A stretch of 64,000 nt of DNA from Octopus sinensis. Lineage: Eukaryota. A program made the position numbers and the translations under genes. The stretch lies in contig NC_042997.1 of assembly GCF_006345805.1 (NCBI RefSeq), forward strand, positions 35,712,001 through 35,776,000, written 5' to 3'. How positions within the stretch are numbered: position 1 is the first letter of the stretch; each line of letters starts with the position of its first letter. Below are positions 52,797 to 64,000 of this stretch, one piece after another. Below the pieces are notes generated by a model. That model saw only the letters and a list, made by a program, of their open reading frames with translations. It had not been told where the DNA came from and did no database searches.

Positions 52797-53487
52797 TATG
52801 TGTGTGTATATGTATTAAACAGAGGGTAAAAAAATATAAAATGATAGTGTTCAGTATGTTGGTGAACAGTGTTTCTATAAAAGAGAGATGGGTAAAGGAA
52901 GTTGTACATCATCTCCCTCTTTCCCTCACGTACCCACTCTTTCTCCCTCTGTTATTATTATTGCCACTCCCACCCATCAACACTGCTCTTTTTAATAAAA
53001 TATCATTAACTCTCCCTAAATTTCTTTATCTCTCTTCACTCCCTCTCTTATTTCATTTTCACTCTCTCTCTCCCTGTATTCGCAACCACCCTCACCGTCC
53101 CTATCCCTATTATTACTCTCACCCCAGCATGAGGAATAGTAGTAGTGCCTTGAATAGTTAGAGGGGGGGTCTAAATGTGACACACTGACCACAGAATTTA
53201 GTTTAAGTATTTATTGCATTATTTATATATATATATATATATAATATATATATATATAATATATATATGTATGAATACATCGGAGAATTAGTCATATTAT
53301 CAATATATTCATATTCATTTTATTTAATATGTTGTGTAGATTATGTGTGTCAGTACATAGGATTCCCTAGATAATTGGCAAAGGAGTGCAGCTTAAAATT
53401 GTTGAGTAGCAGATGTTTTTCTTATCTATCTTTCTCTCTCTCTATCTATCTATATACATATGCACATACTCCACACACACACACACA

Positions 53488-53527
<40 letters not shown>

Positions 53528-54004
53528 AATATATATATATACATATATATATATTTATATACAGATATATTTATATATTTCTACGGAGCATTTTAAATAT
53601 TGGGTCACATATAGAAATATTTCTACATAAATAGTTGTGCATTTGAGCAGAATATTAGATTTGAAGAAATGTATGAATTCGTATGATTTTGGTTTTAATG
53701 GAAACAAACAAACAAATAAATAAATAAATAAATAAATAAATAAATGAAATAATTCTTAAGAACATTGAGTAAGGATATTAAACTGCAATTATAAGTGTAA
53801 TAGACCTGAGATGCGACCTATTCAAGCCACTTCATTTCGACAGGTACGTCAATAACGGGTCTGCTTTTGTTGTTAGAAAATTGAAAATATTATATCAGCA
53901 GAGATCTTGACATAGGATTATATACGCATCCATACACACATACATAACTGCATATGCGCACACCAAACTTGCATGTTTGTATATGTATGTATATAATTAG
54001 ATAG

Positions 54005-54006
54005 AT

Positions 54007-54056
<50 letters not shown>

Positions 54057-54079
54057 GGAGAGAGAGGAGAGAGAGAGAG

Positions 54080-54127
<48 letters not shown>

Positions 54128-54165
54128 GATAGATAGATAGATAGATAAATAGAGAGAGAGAGAGG
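54005..54165. repeat. (TA)n(GA)n(GATA)n microsatellite
   Basis: Direct reading. Confidence 0.95.
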
Positions 54166-54772
54166 TGAGAGAGATATGGCGATTTCTAGTTAGCGAGAGA
54201 GAGTAATTTACTCTCCAGTGAACATACGAATATATATCTTTATCTTGTAATCTCCCAATATTCTTTGGATTATTATAAAGTTGGCATTATATGAGACCCC
54301 TCATAGAGTTACACGCTTATTGAAATCCAAAGGCTGGATAAGAATAGTGTCAACATTTGCTACACCGTATCGCACCACCCATCAGAATATTGCGCGTATG
54401 AATTCTGAACATTGAGGTAAATTCACATGAACGACTATTGCTTACATTATTGTACTTTGGGGATTGTTTGATATGGAATCTACGAGGAATTCAACCATGG
54501 GAGTAATAAAGATTTGATCTTCATGTTACGTTGAATGTAATATATAAAATCTTTGAATCTATGGCTGGTGCCAGAAAGATATGGTGAAAAGGCGTCTAGT
54601 AAATGGCAAAGGATTTTGAGGGAAACAGTCGAAATTATGCAAAAACGAAAAGAAACGTACTGAAAAATAACACCAGGCTAATCACAGAAATAAAATCATT
54701 GTTCAGTTGTTCGACTAGTATATCTAAAGCTGGCTAAAATTCTTTTCTACTTATAGTATCCCTAAATGGCAC

Positions 54773-55073
54773 TCGGCTCATGATCGTAAGGTTGTGAGTT
54801 CGATTCCCGGCGACGCGTTGTGTCCTTGAGCAAGACACTTTATTTCACGTTGCTCCAGTCCACTCAGCTGGCAAAAATGAGTTGTACTTGTATTTCAAAG
54901 GGTCAGCCTTGTCACTCTCTGTGTCACGATGATTATCCCCGAGAACTACGTTAAGGGTACACGTGTCTGTGGAATGCTCAGCCATCTGCACGTTAATTTC
55001 ACGAGCAAGCTGTTCCGTTGATCGTATCAGCTGGGACCCTCGTCGTCGTAACCGGCGGAGTTTTTTTTTAGAG
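54773..55073 (+). mobile_element. 5'-truncated tRNA-derived SINE with T-run tail and 15-bp TSD
   Basis: B-box GAGTTCGATTCCC; CCTTGAGCAAGACACTT..CCACTCAGCTGGCAAAAATGAGT; TSD ATCCCTAAATG(G/A)CAC at 54758-54772 and 55074-55088. Confidence 0.88.
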
Positions 55074-55302
55074 ATCCCTAAATGACACAAAGTTTATTTC
55101 TGCAGACATGTTTATATGAGATAGTTGTGGTAAGCCATGTCAGTATCTAGCTGTTCTATAAAGGCATTTAAACATTCAAAAACCAGAGTAAATAAATCAC
55201 GGTGTGGCACGTGACGTGTGACATATTTGCATCGGCTGTTATGCAAATTTCAAACAGGTGTCTACACTCAAATGTCAGTTGTTCATTGTATGAGAAAGGC
55301 AC

Positions 55303-55362
55303 ATAAATTAAGTACTAGTGAAAACTTGGGGTCGATATAATCGACTAATCCACTCCCAGAAA
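55303..55362 (+). mobile_element. Fragment of the 6195-6428 SINE family
   Basis: ATAAATTAAGTAC..TTGGGGTCGATATAATCGACT matches 6319-6364. Confidence 0.6.
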
Positions 55363-56458
55363 TTTGAGGCTATCTGCCTTACCTTCGAAACACGCTAGAG
55401 TTGAACTAGGGACAGCTGATGAAGGGGATTTCTCCTTGTGTAGTTTGCCTTGCACTCTGTTTTTCTGTTGTAAAAAAATGGTTCGTTCCATGCTTGTTTT
55501 TCCGTTTTCATTTCTCGTTGAGTTCTACGTCCATTTGTGGTGTCCTGTACCCACGTATATATATTTATATGTGCATGTATATATATACATGTAGATGTAG
55601 GTACGTACATATATGTATGTATGCGTGCATACATTTTATTTATTACACTATTGTATGACAGCGCCCTCGGGTCGATTCGATTCGATTCGTTCGTTTCGTT
55701 CCGTTCTTCTTCTCCAAGTACACATATGTGTGTGTGTGTGTGTCTGTGTGTATACATACATACACGTATATGCATATACAAACACACATACACGCACATG
55801 TATATGTATATACATCATTTTACAAAGGGAACATGATCATTGTGTAAAAATTTGGGTGTGTATATTTATCAGAACCAGGAGTATGTTTTGTGTTTACAAT
55901 CATTTTCATATTGAAATTCCTGTGTGTGTTATAAAGTTGTTCTGCTACTTTGCCTGCGCTTCAGGCACAATTGTTTGCAAGTATATATCTACCAGTTTGT
56001 ATGACAAATTTATTAAGTTTGAAACTCTGGTGGTGGTGATGATGGTGAGGGGGCTAACATAATGTCATTTTTGTATCCTTGAATGAGTTCAGTTGAAAAT
56101 TATCAATTTATTTCGTATTCATGTACACATTCACAGGTACGCGCTTGCACACGCACATTCGCATGATCTTACACGCATGCACAAACGCGCATACACAAAC
56201 AATTCGGTACACACATACGCGCTCACATACATATATGGATTTTCTGAGAGAATTACATAGGAATGATTATTGTAAATTTAATCTCGCAAAGCTAACAAAC
56301 TTTTTAACATTTAATTTAGTTAAATCGTCTGTAAATACGTAAATAGAAACACACGCGAGGATGCAAATTGAAACAGGGATCAACCAAAAATCTGCGTGCA
56401 CGCGTCCAAGTGAAGTGTGTACATAGATTCAGACATACACACGCACACACACACACAT

Positions 56459-56510
<52 letters not shown>

Positions 56511-57111
56511 CTTGCATGAATACATACATACATATTACAAATTACAAACAGCACGAGTAATTTAAACATTGTCGATTACACGATTAAACGTACACAATGT
56601 TTGAGCTGACAGAAATCTCCCTAATGATCTTAGATCAGGCGAAAAAACACGTCCCCGATCGAACCAAAAGTGATTGATACTGTTATTTCTCAATTATTGT
56701 GGCTTATCACCACATACCCTTGGATAACACCGAAGACGAATTCAATGCTTGTTTTATGAATAAATATAATTAATGTAAGGATTATATACATATATCCCAG
56801 GGTTAAACACATGCAACAGTAACTTAATTTACTTCTAAATGTGCATCCCGAAATACTTCGTATACTATTTCTATATATCCATAGACAAGGCAATCATTGC
56901 ATGTTCAGTTCGATAGAAGTACGTACTGTTGATGAGCGGCAATAATTGCGAAGTATCGGTACCACGCACATTTGTTTCCAACGGAAACGATATGTTCCGC
57001 CTAGTTTACGAATACAAGGTGTTTTAACATCCGGCGTTATTAGTTTTCCTTAAGCATCACCGCGCAACAAATGCCGTGTATAAATAAAGCACTTATATGT
57101 GCGATCGACAT

Positions 57112-57150
<39 letters not shown>

Positions 57151-57204
57151 ATATATATATATGTGTGTGTGTATGTGTGTGTATGTATATATATATGTAT
57201 ATAC

Positions 57205-57235
<31 letters not shown>

Positions 57236-57299
57236 AAGAAAGAAATAGACTGAGATACTTTGCATACATACAGACATATATGTATACATACATAAATGC

Positions 57300-57602
57300 A
57301 TTCGACGACGAGAGTTCCTGTTAATCCTATCACCGGCAGATCCTACTTGTGAAATTAATGTGCATATGGCTGTGTACTCAATAGACACAAATAACCGTAA
57401 TGCATTCCCAGGGAGATTCAGCGTGACACAGAATGCGACAAAACTGGCCCTTTGAAATACAGGTACTACTCATTTTTGCCAGGGGAGCGGGATGGACGAA
57501 CGTGAAATAAATTGACTTGGTGAAGGGCATTACGCGCTGCTGAGCACCGAACTCACAAATTTGCGACCACGAACCGAATTCCCCAAACCACTGCACCACA
57601 CG
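57300..57602 (-). mobile_element. Older, more complete copy of the 54773 SINE family
   Basis: The reverse complement gives CTGGCAAAAATGAGTAGTACCTGTATTTCAAAGGG and ends CTCTCGTCGTCG, as in 54866-55050. Confidence 0.85.
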
Positions 57603-57654
57603 CTTTCACACACACACACATACACATAACGTTATATCTATCTTTCTATACATC

Positions 57655-57753
57655 TATCCATCCATCTATCTATCCATCCATCAATCCATCCATCCATCCA
57701 TCCATCCATCAATCCATCCATCCATCCATCCATCCACCCATCCATCCATCCAC

Positions 57754-57813
<60 letters not shown>

Positions 57814-57828
57814 ATATATATATATATT
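57655..57828. repeat. (CCAT)n(CTAT)n(TA)n microsatellite
   Basis: Direct reading. Confidence 0.95.
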
Positions 57829-59465
57829 GCCTTGTGTCATAGATTCTTATTTGTTAAGTATTTTCACTCGCTTTCTGGCCAGTAATGTCAGAGCATATTC
57901 TCCTAGCTGTTTCTGTGGCTTTCATTTCCATTCATCAACTCTCACAACATAACTCGTCGTACTAGCACTTTCAGTTCATACATTGCAGGGAAGTGAAATT
58001 TAATATGATGTGCATGCTGTCACTGCTTACATATGAACGACAGATGAGGCCTTAAAAAAACCGTAGTTAAGGCTTCAGCTTTAAACATTTCCAGTCGGGA
58101 ATGCATCGTTACAATTTGCTACACAAGAACGCAAATTATTCATGACTCCATGCAATATATATATGTCTTAATAAAGTTGCATGGAATGATGTATAATTTG
58201 TGCTGCTTCACTATTGAACCACTTTTGGTGAAATCATTTCTCTGTTTGTTCATGGAAAATGATCTAATAAATTTTGGTTGATTGTATCCATATTATAACA
58301 ATGCAGTTGGATAAAACTCTATATTTATATCTCTATTTCTTAACGGATATTACACAAAATTTTATTGAATAAGATAAATCGATGTTATCTCGTATACATA
58401 AAAGAATATTCTCATTTCTTAAATAATACTTCTTATTTGCGTTTATTGTATACGTATTCTTAATTCTTATAGTTGCACACATCTTATGTTGGACAAATAA
58501 AGTGTATGATTCGATAAACTTTTCAATGCGTATGTGTATTATAAAGATTTCGGCAGAATCATCCTAATGAAGTTATTGTATTATTGTATTAGAAAAATAT
58601 TTCAATGCAAACATTATTAGTGTGTACTTTCACAATTTCTAAAACGAAGCAGAAGAAATCCGAACTTAGCATCAGGCTTCTAATGATTATTAGGTTTCTC
58701 ATTATCAATGCGACTGTAGATTATATTAAGTGGTCGAACATATCTCTCCAAAAGACTTAATTCGTTAGTATTTCACTAAACCAGATACTACGCGCAATCG
58801 TTAAGACTTTCCAGTTGTAATGGTTCGTGAGAAGAACATTTATCATAATGGGCTGTAATTGGAGACTTTACATGCAACTAGTCCTTCGATAAATCGTTTC
58901 ATTTCAAAGATAAGCACTGCTGGCTACGCGTATTCTGCGACATGTGTATATTACTACGAAATATTATATACGCGTTAAAATACGATCTGAATAAACGCAG
59001 GAGAAAATCAGTGTAAGGTTCTGTGATGAAATTATACGATTCCTATTACTATAATATATCTACTTGGAACTGCTGGCTGATTAGTCTATTGTTTCGTGAA
59101 GGTCATCTGGTTGGTAACAATTGTACAAATTCCAGCGAATGCGTATAGAACTAGTTTAGTGGTGATTAATGCTGTTTAAGTTAGGGATGTTGCACAACAA
59201 ATGAAAATAAGCTTCATTCTTTTTTATGTGATTAAACAATGTAAAATACAGGAAATTATATAATATGGATTATTACGAAAGGATATTATAAAGGTGAATA
59301 GAAATATAAAGAACATGTTTAATGTTGCTCCTTTTAGATCAAATGATATTGTCACCAAAATCCTCTCTCTCTCTCGCACGCACACAAAAGCATATATACA
59401 CACACACACACATATATACATATATATAAAGCAATAAGAGAGTCCACCATGAGGACGCTCTAACG

Positions 59466-59499
<34 letters not shown>

Positions 59500-59531
59500 G
59501 CATACTCACACACACACACACACACACCACA

Positions 59532-59572
<41 letters not shown>

Positions 59573-59577
59573 CATGT

Positions 59578-59885
59578 GGAGGCGCAATGGCCTAGTGGTT
59601 AGGGCAGCGGACTCGCGATCGGAGGATCGCGGTTTCGATTCCCAGACATGGCGTTGTGTGTGTTTATTGAGCGAAAACACCTAAGAGCTCTACAAGGCTC
59701 TGGCAGGGGATGGTGGCGATCCCTGCTGTACTCTTTCGCCGTAACTTTCTCTCTGCCTTTCTTCTGTTGGCCTTCTCGCTTAGCCAGCGGGGTGGCGTCA
59801 TCTGAAGGCTAAAACAATGCGAAGCGCATTGTGACCAGCGATGTGTAGCAACATCTATTAGCCTGGTCGGTCACGGTGATCATGG
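59578..59885 (+). mobile_element. tRNA-derived SINE (distinct family)
   Basis: GGAGGCGCAATGGCCTAGTGGTTAGGGCAGCGG..GGTTTCGATTCCC tRNA-like head with A and B boxes, followed by about 230 bp of unrelated body. Confidence 0.85.
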
Positions 59886-60059
59886 TGATATATATATATA
59901 TACTCACACACACACACACAAACACACATATATATATATATATGTATATGTATATATGCATGTCATCGTCAATATAATAATCATCATCGTCGTCATCATC
60001 ATCAAAATTGTTCTGTGGCATTTTTTTCATACCATACTATGTTGATTTTCTCTGCTCTA

Positions 60060-61165
60060 ATACTATGTTGATATCTAGCCAATCATATTCCCTCTTTTTC
60101 TTGGTACATACAATCTGCCTCTGTCAGTTTTGGGGATGCAGCATCTCATATCTAGTCAGCATCTTCCTTGTCTTTCGATCTAAGCTGTTTAGTTCGTCTA
60201 CTGTCCATGCGATTAGCCCTGCTACTTATCTAAGGTGTGAAACCGCCCAGGTGTTATTAGCTCCAATATTATTCCGTCCGTTTAATTTCGATTTAAGGAA
60301 CGGTCTCAGTTTTCAAAAGTACTCCACCTTAAATTTTTCCGTCATTTCTTTCTCCATGGATTTATCAATTTTCAACATCACCAAGTACTTAGAGCCTGTC
60401 CCTTCTATCTGCTTCATAACCTCCCCCGACAGTATCACTAGCCCGTCAATTCTTTTAATTTTGTCTCTCTTCAAGACTAACACAAAACATTCTTTCACTC
60501 CGAACTCCATTCTCATATCAGTTATGAAAGTATATACCGTATCAAGGAGGGAAACTGAGTTGGGATTCATCTTCACCATAAAGTTTGAGGTCATCCATGA
60601 GTAACAAGTGGTTGACATTTTTGGTGACTTTTGAATACAGCATTTTCTATCCCCACAAGTATTGTTAGTGGTATCGTGCACAGTTCGAAGATCTGTGGGG
60701 ACAGGCAGTCCCCTTGGACGATACTTCTTCTGATTTCTATTGTCCCTTAACTTCTTCCATATGCTCTCAGTTCCGTCCTCCAATTTGCCATACTTTTCCA
60801 AGCAACGCTCAAGAAAATGTACGAACAAAATAGATTCATGCATTCAAGAATACAAGAATGTGAGATCATATTGTACGCATTATGGTAATCGATCCATGAC
60901 ATGTCTAAGTTAGATTTCCTCCTCTTGCAATCTCTAAGTACGGGTTTACCTACGTGGAGTTGATCCTTGGTACCTCCGCACGTACATTTGCAGCCCTTCT
61001 GCTCATTTGGCAGGACTCCATTTTTATCCAGATGTCTGTTCATTGACTCTGCGACTACTCCAGTCAATAATATCCACATAAATGGCAAGCAGGATATTGA
61101 CATGTAATTGTCTACCCTATTGCTATTTTCGTTGGTTTTCATGCGCAGCACTGTCCTACCCATTG
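60060..61165 (-). mobile_element. R4/Dong-clade (RLE-type) non-LTR retrotransposon, RT region (degenerate)
   Basis: NY.SISCLP..W..LT..HL..LPNEQKGC..GTKDQL..K..L.DCKRRK.NL.M.WIDY..AY; VQGDCLSP (about 60700-60722); NHLLLMDDLKL (about 60582-60614); YL..LDRKTRKML..HPK.D..RLYVPRK. Confidence 0.92.
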
Positions 61166-61194
61166 TCAATCACTTTGATGTCACTTGGTCGGCC

Positions 61195-61221
61195 TTTATA
61201 CTGCTGCTGGTAATGCTGCTG

Positions 61222-61252
<31 letters not shown>

Positions 61253-61277
61253 AACAACAACAACAACAACAACCACA

Positions 61278-61335
<58 letters not shown>

Positions 61336-61352
61336 TTATTATTGTTATTATT
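61195..61352. repeat. (CTA)n(CAA)n(TAT)n compound microsatellite
   Basis: Direct reading. Confidence 0.95.
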
Positions 61353-61379
61353 ATGAAAGACTCTCGGTTAGTTCTTAAT

Positions 61380-61556
61380 TACTGGTTGTTCTTTACTTGA
61401 AAGCAGACAATAAGAAGTCACTAAACGTAGTGCCTTCTCTTGTGACTCGAAAAGACTATACTCTTCTTAGAATACGAGCTGTACCTAAAAATGCTGTCTT
61501 CTCGATCAGTTCGTGCTTGACAGCAGCTCCAATATTCTTAACATGTTTTTCAAAGC
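61380..61556 (-). mobile_element. R4/Dong-clade C-terminus and 3' UTR
   Basis: KHVKNIGAAVKHELIEKTAFLGTARILRRV* matches the terminal LQK..LLGTA.ILR.VL motif of this clade. Confidence 0.75.
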
Positions 61557-61764
61557 TATACTATTACACACACACATATATTATAGATATATGAATTATT
61601 TACATATATGCACGTTTGTGTCCAAGATTTTAGTGGAAACGATGCCATTCCGCAAAGGGAACTGAGTGAGCTATCGAACGTAGAATGCTATTTTGCATCC
61701 GTGTGAAGCAGATAGAAAATAAACATTAGAATTGTCTAAGTTAAGAAGAATACAACAAATGTTC

Positions 61765-61822
61765 CCCATATCTAGTCAGCAACTTCCTTGTCTTTCTGTC
61801 TAAGCTATTCCTCTCAGTCTAA
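61765..61822 (-). mobile_element. Short R4/Dong RT fragment paralogous to 60148-60195
   Basis: ATATCTAGTCAGCAACTTCCTTGTCTTTCTGTCTAAGCT versus ATATCTAGTCAGCATCTTCCTTGTCTTTCGATCTAAGCT. Confidence 0.7.
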
Positions 61823-62495
61823 TTGGTAAACATTTTACAAAGCAAGTTTACTTAGTAAGTGCTTTTTTTTCGACGCTTCATATGTTTAGTAATATTAATG
61901 TCCGTCGATACGTTTCATTAGACACAACCTCCATGTTATCTTTTTATACAAAAGAACCAGTTACTAGAGAAATATCTTCATCCATCAATTTCAACAAAAC
62001 CATTTACATATGAAAGCATTTTTCGTAATTCCATATATGATTACAATTATCACTGCGAAAAAATACAACAAAAACGAAATTATGTTTTCAGAATATTGTG
62101 TTGAACTGTAATCATGAGATCGTGTAATTTCTCGAAGATACAGTGGCGTGCGTTTTATATTAACTTAATACTAGCTATAATAGATTCATGTCGTACAGTA
62201 ATGCAAAGAATATTTATTTTGCATAGTCATCTCGTGCAGTTGATAAAGAAGACTTTTATGTAAATATGTCAATTTACAAACACACACACACACATACACA
62301 CACACACAAGGACACATACACACACATGATTATATGTCGGTAGCCATCGCTTCTGATTTGGGTTGGCAGCGAGTTGTCACGCCTGTCTATGACATTTAGA
62401 TGTCTTAACATCCAGCTTGTTTTGGGAGTCGGTCGCAAGCGAGAGCGGTGAACAAACAAGGCACATACAATGAGGATGTGAGATCGACAACATCA

Positions 62496-62543
<48 letters not shown>

Positions 62544-63438
62544 TATATACGTGCGTGTGTGTGTCTGTGTGTGTATACAAATGTGTGTATATATATATAT
62601 ATATATATTTTCAGAATGAGAAAAATAAACCAAGGCTGTGCAAATTTTAGAACATTTATAAATATGTCTTACAGCTGTTTCCAGGATATTTATTATATCC
62701 CTTCATGGGAGATGGTGTGAGAGAATGGTAACGCAATAGTAAATTTAGATAACATATGAAATAGAGTGTGAAGTAGAGGAATGAAAATAGATGTGAGATA
62801 TGCATGTACATTGCATTTGTAGATCCATTATTTAGGCAGAATGGTATACATAGAAGATTCCAATACCTTCTGATTAAAATCCAATAGTATTTGAAATTGT
62901 TCATTCTAAGTATAGTGTTTGTACAGTGCAATTTAATGAAGGGTTTTATTTAAAATGACCGGAAAGTAAGAAATGCATTTGTAAGGCCAAATCGAAAATA
63001 GGACGAGAGGAATAAAGAAAAGAGAAAAAAGAGTAGAAAGAAGAAAACAACCGGAGGAGAGGAATGAAGAAGGAGAAAAAAGGAAAACACGAAAAAACAA
63101 GCAAGGAAATATTGAGAGAAAATGTACCAGTCAGTGGTCAGTCAAGATAATTTCAAAGTAGGAATGGGGAGATAAGGATGATGGGGAGAGAAATGTATTA
63201 TAGTGTAAAAAGATAGGAGGATCGGGGGATGATAGAGAGAAAGTATAAAAAGTAAAGTAATGTCAGTTAATTAGTGATAGAGTCTAAGTGATGGGGCAAA
63301 GTGAGGGGTAATAGTATGGAATGAAGAACTTAGGAATATAGATTAGGTGGTTGGACAGGTCAGAGCTTAGTAAATACATACGTGAAAATACATACGTGAA
63401 GATGTATACATATGTATATATTAGACGTATATATATAT

Positions 63439-63598
63439 AGCAATAATAAATCTCTGAACGAGATGTAAACAGTAACCGCTCGACAAGGTAAGCTTCAGTA
63501 ACACCCACCCTTTGTGGTTAGCCATAGTGAGATGGCTGTTATACCTTACATTGTCGAGCGGTTACTGTTTACATCTCGTTCAGAGATTTATTATTGCT
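63439..63598. repeat. Perfect 48-bp inverted repeat with a 64-bp structured spacer
   Basis: 63439-63486 is the exact reverse complement of 63551-63598. Confidence 0.96.
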
Positions 63599-63686
63599 TG
63601 CAGGCAGTTTTTCGAAATCAGTGACGGAAGTTACTAGAAAAACACTTAAGTATTTGCATACAAAGTCTTCCTTTTCATCGTAAACC

Positions 63687-63747
63687 GGTGATTACCGCCC
63701 GTTGACGAGAGGCAACTAACTCGAAACTGCGGTCCGTGCGTATCACT
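63687..63747 (+). ncRNA. Putative type I hammerhead ribozyme (C3U core variant)
   Basis: Stem I 5' strand, UUGACGA, stem II GAG/CUC, GAAA, stem III AC-UGCG-GU, C cleavage site (63734), then stem I 3' strand pairing over about 12 bp. Confidence 0.7.
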
Positions 63748-64000
63748 TAGGCTTACATAAACAACTGGTACTCATATGTGTATGTACACATGCACACCCA
63801 TATATACGTGTATTTGTATGTATTATCACGCCTGTACACGCAGGTATATATATTTTGCATACATACATACGTTCATATATACACACATACATACATGCAC
63901 GCATACGTACATACATATACATGCACTTATGCATGCACGCATATACACCGAATATAATTAGATGGTTGTGATATTTGAGTATGAGTGAGGAATTAGATAG

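Noticed and set aside
55416-55445. CTGATGAAGGGGATTTCTCC hammerhead half-core
   Set aside because: GAAA and the cleavage arm are missing downstream.
59578-59650. tRNA-like sequences (also 6195, 15740, 51869, 54773) as true tRNA genes
   Set aside because: The cloverleafs are incomplete and run into SINE bodies; they are SINE heads.

Overview
AT-rich, microsatellite-saturated eukaryotic DNA. It looks like a coleoid cephalopod (Octopus-like) intron or intergenic region; this is inferred from recalled repeat style and was not searched. I can support no intact host gene. The long ORFs in the track are microsatellite read-throughs (IY, TH, poly-L, poly-T) or broken transposon ORFs. Recognisable relics: CR1-type LINE (6530-7890), RTE LINEs (37200-38640 ending in three in-frame C2H2-like motifs; 50660-51335), R4/Dong RLE-type LINE pieces (14150-14395, 60060-61822), three mariner elements, a Tc1 fragment, two Helitron-like copies and several tRNA-derived SINE families. 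The most interesting signals are structural. (1) A near-canonical type I hammerhead ribozyme at 63687-63747 lies about 90 bp from a perfect 48-bp inverted repeat. (2) A second two-copy family carries a hammerhead-like fold with a shared non-canonical core (23239-23280 minus, 44976-45015 plus). (3) Four perfect or near-perfect local inverted repeats (31, 41, 48 and 105 bp arms), two of which have an arm that looks like a locus-specific foldback copy. (4) A SINE and a CR1 LINE share the same 3' tail. All alignments and folds were done by eye.
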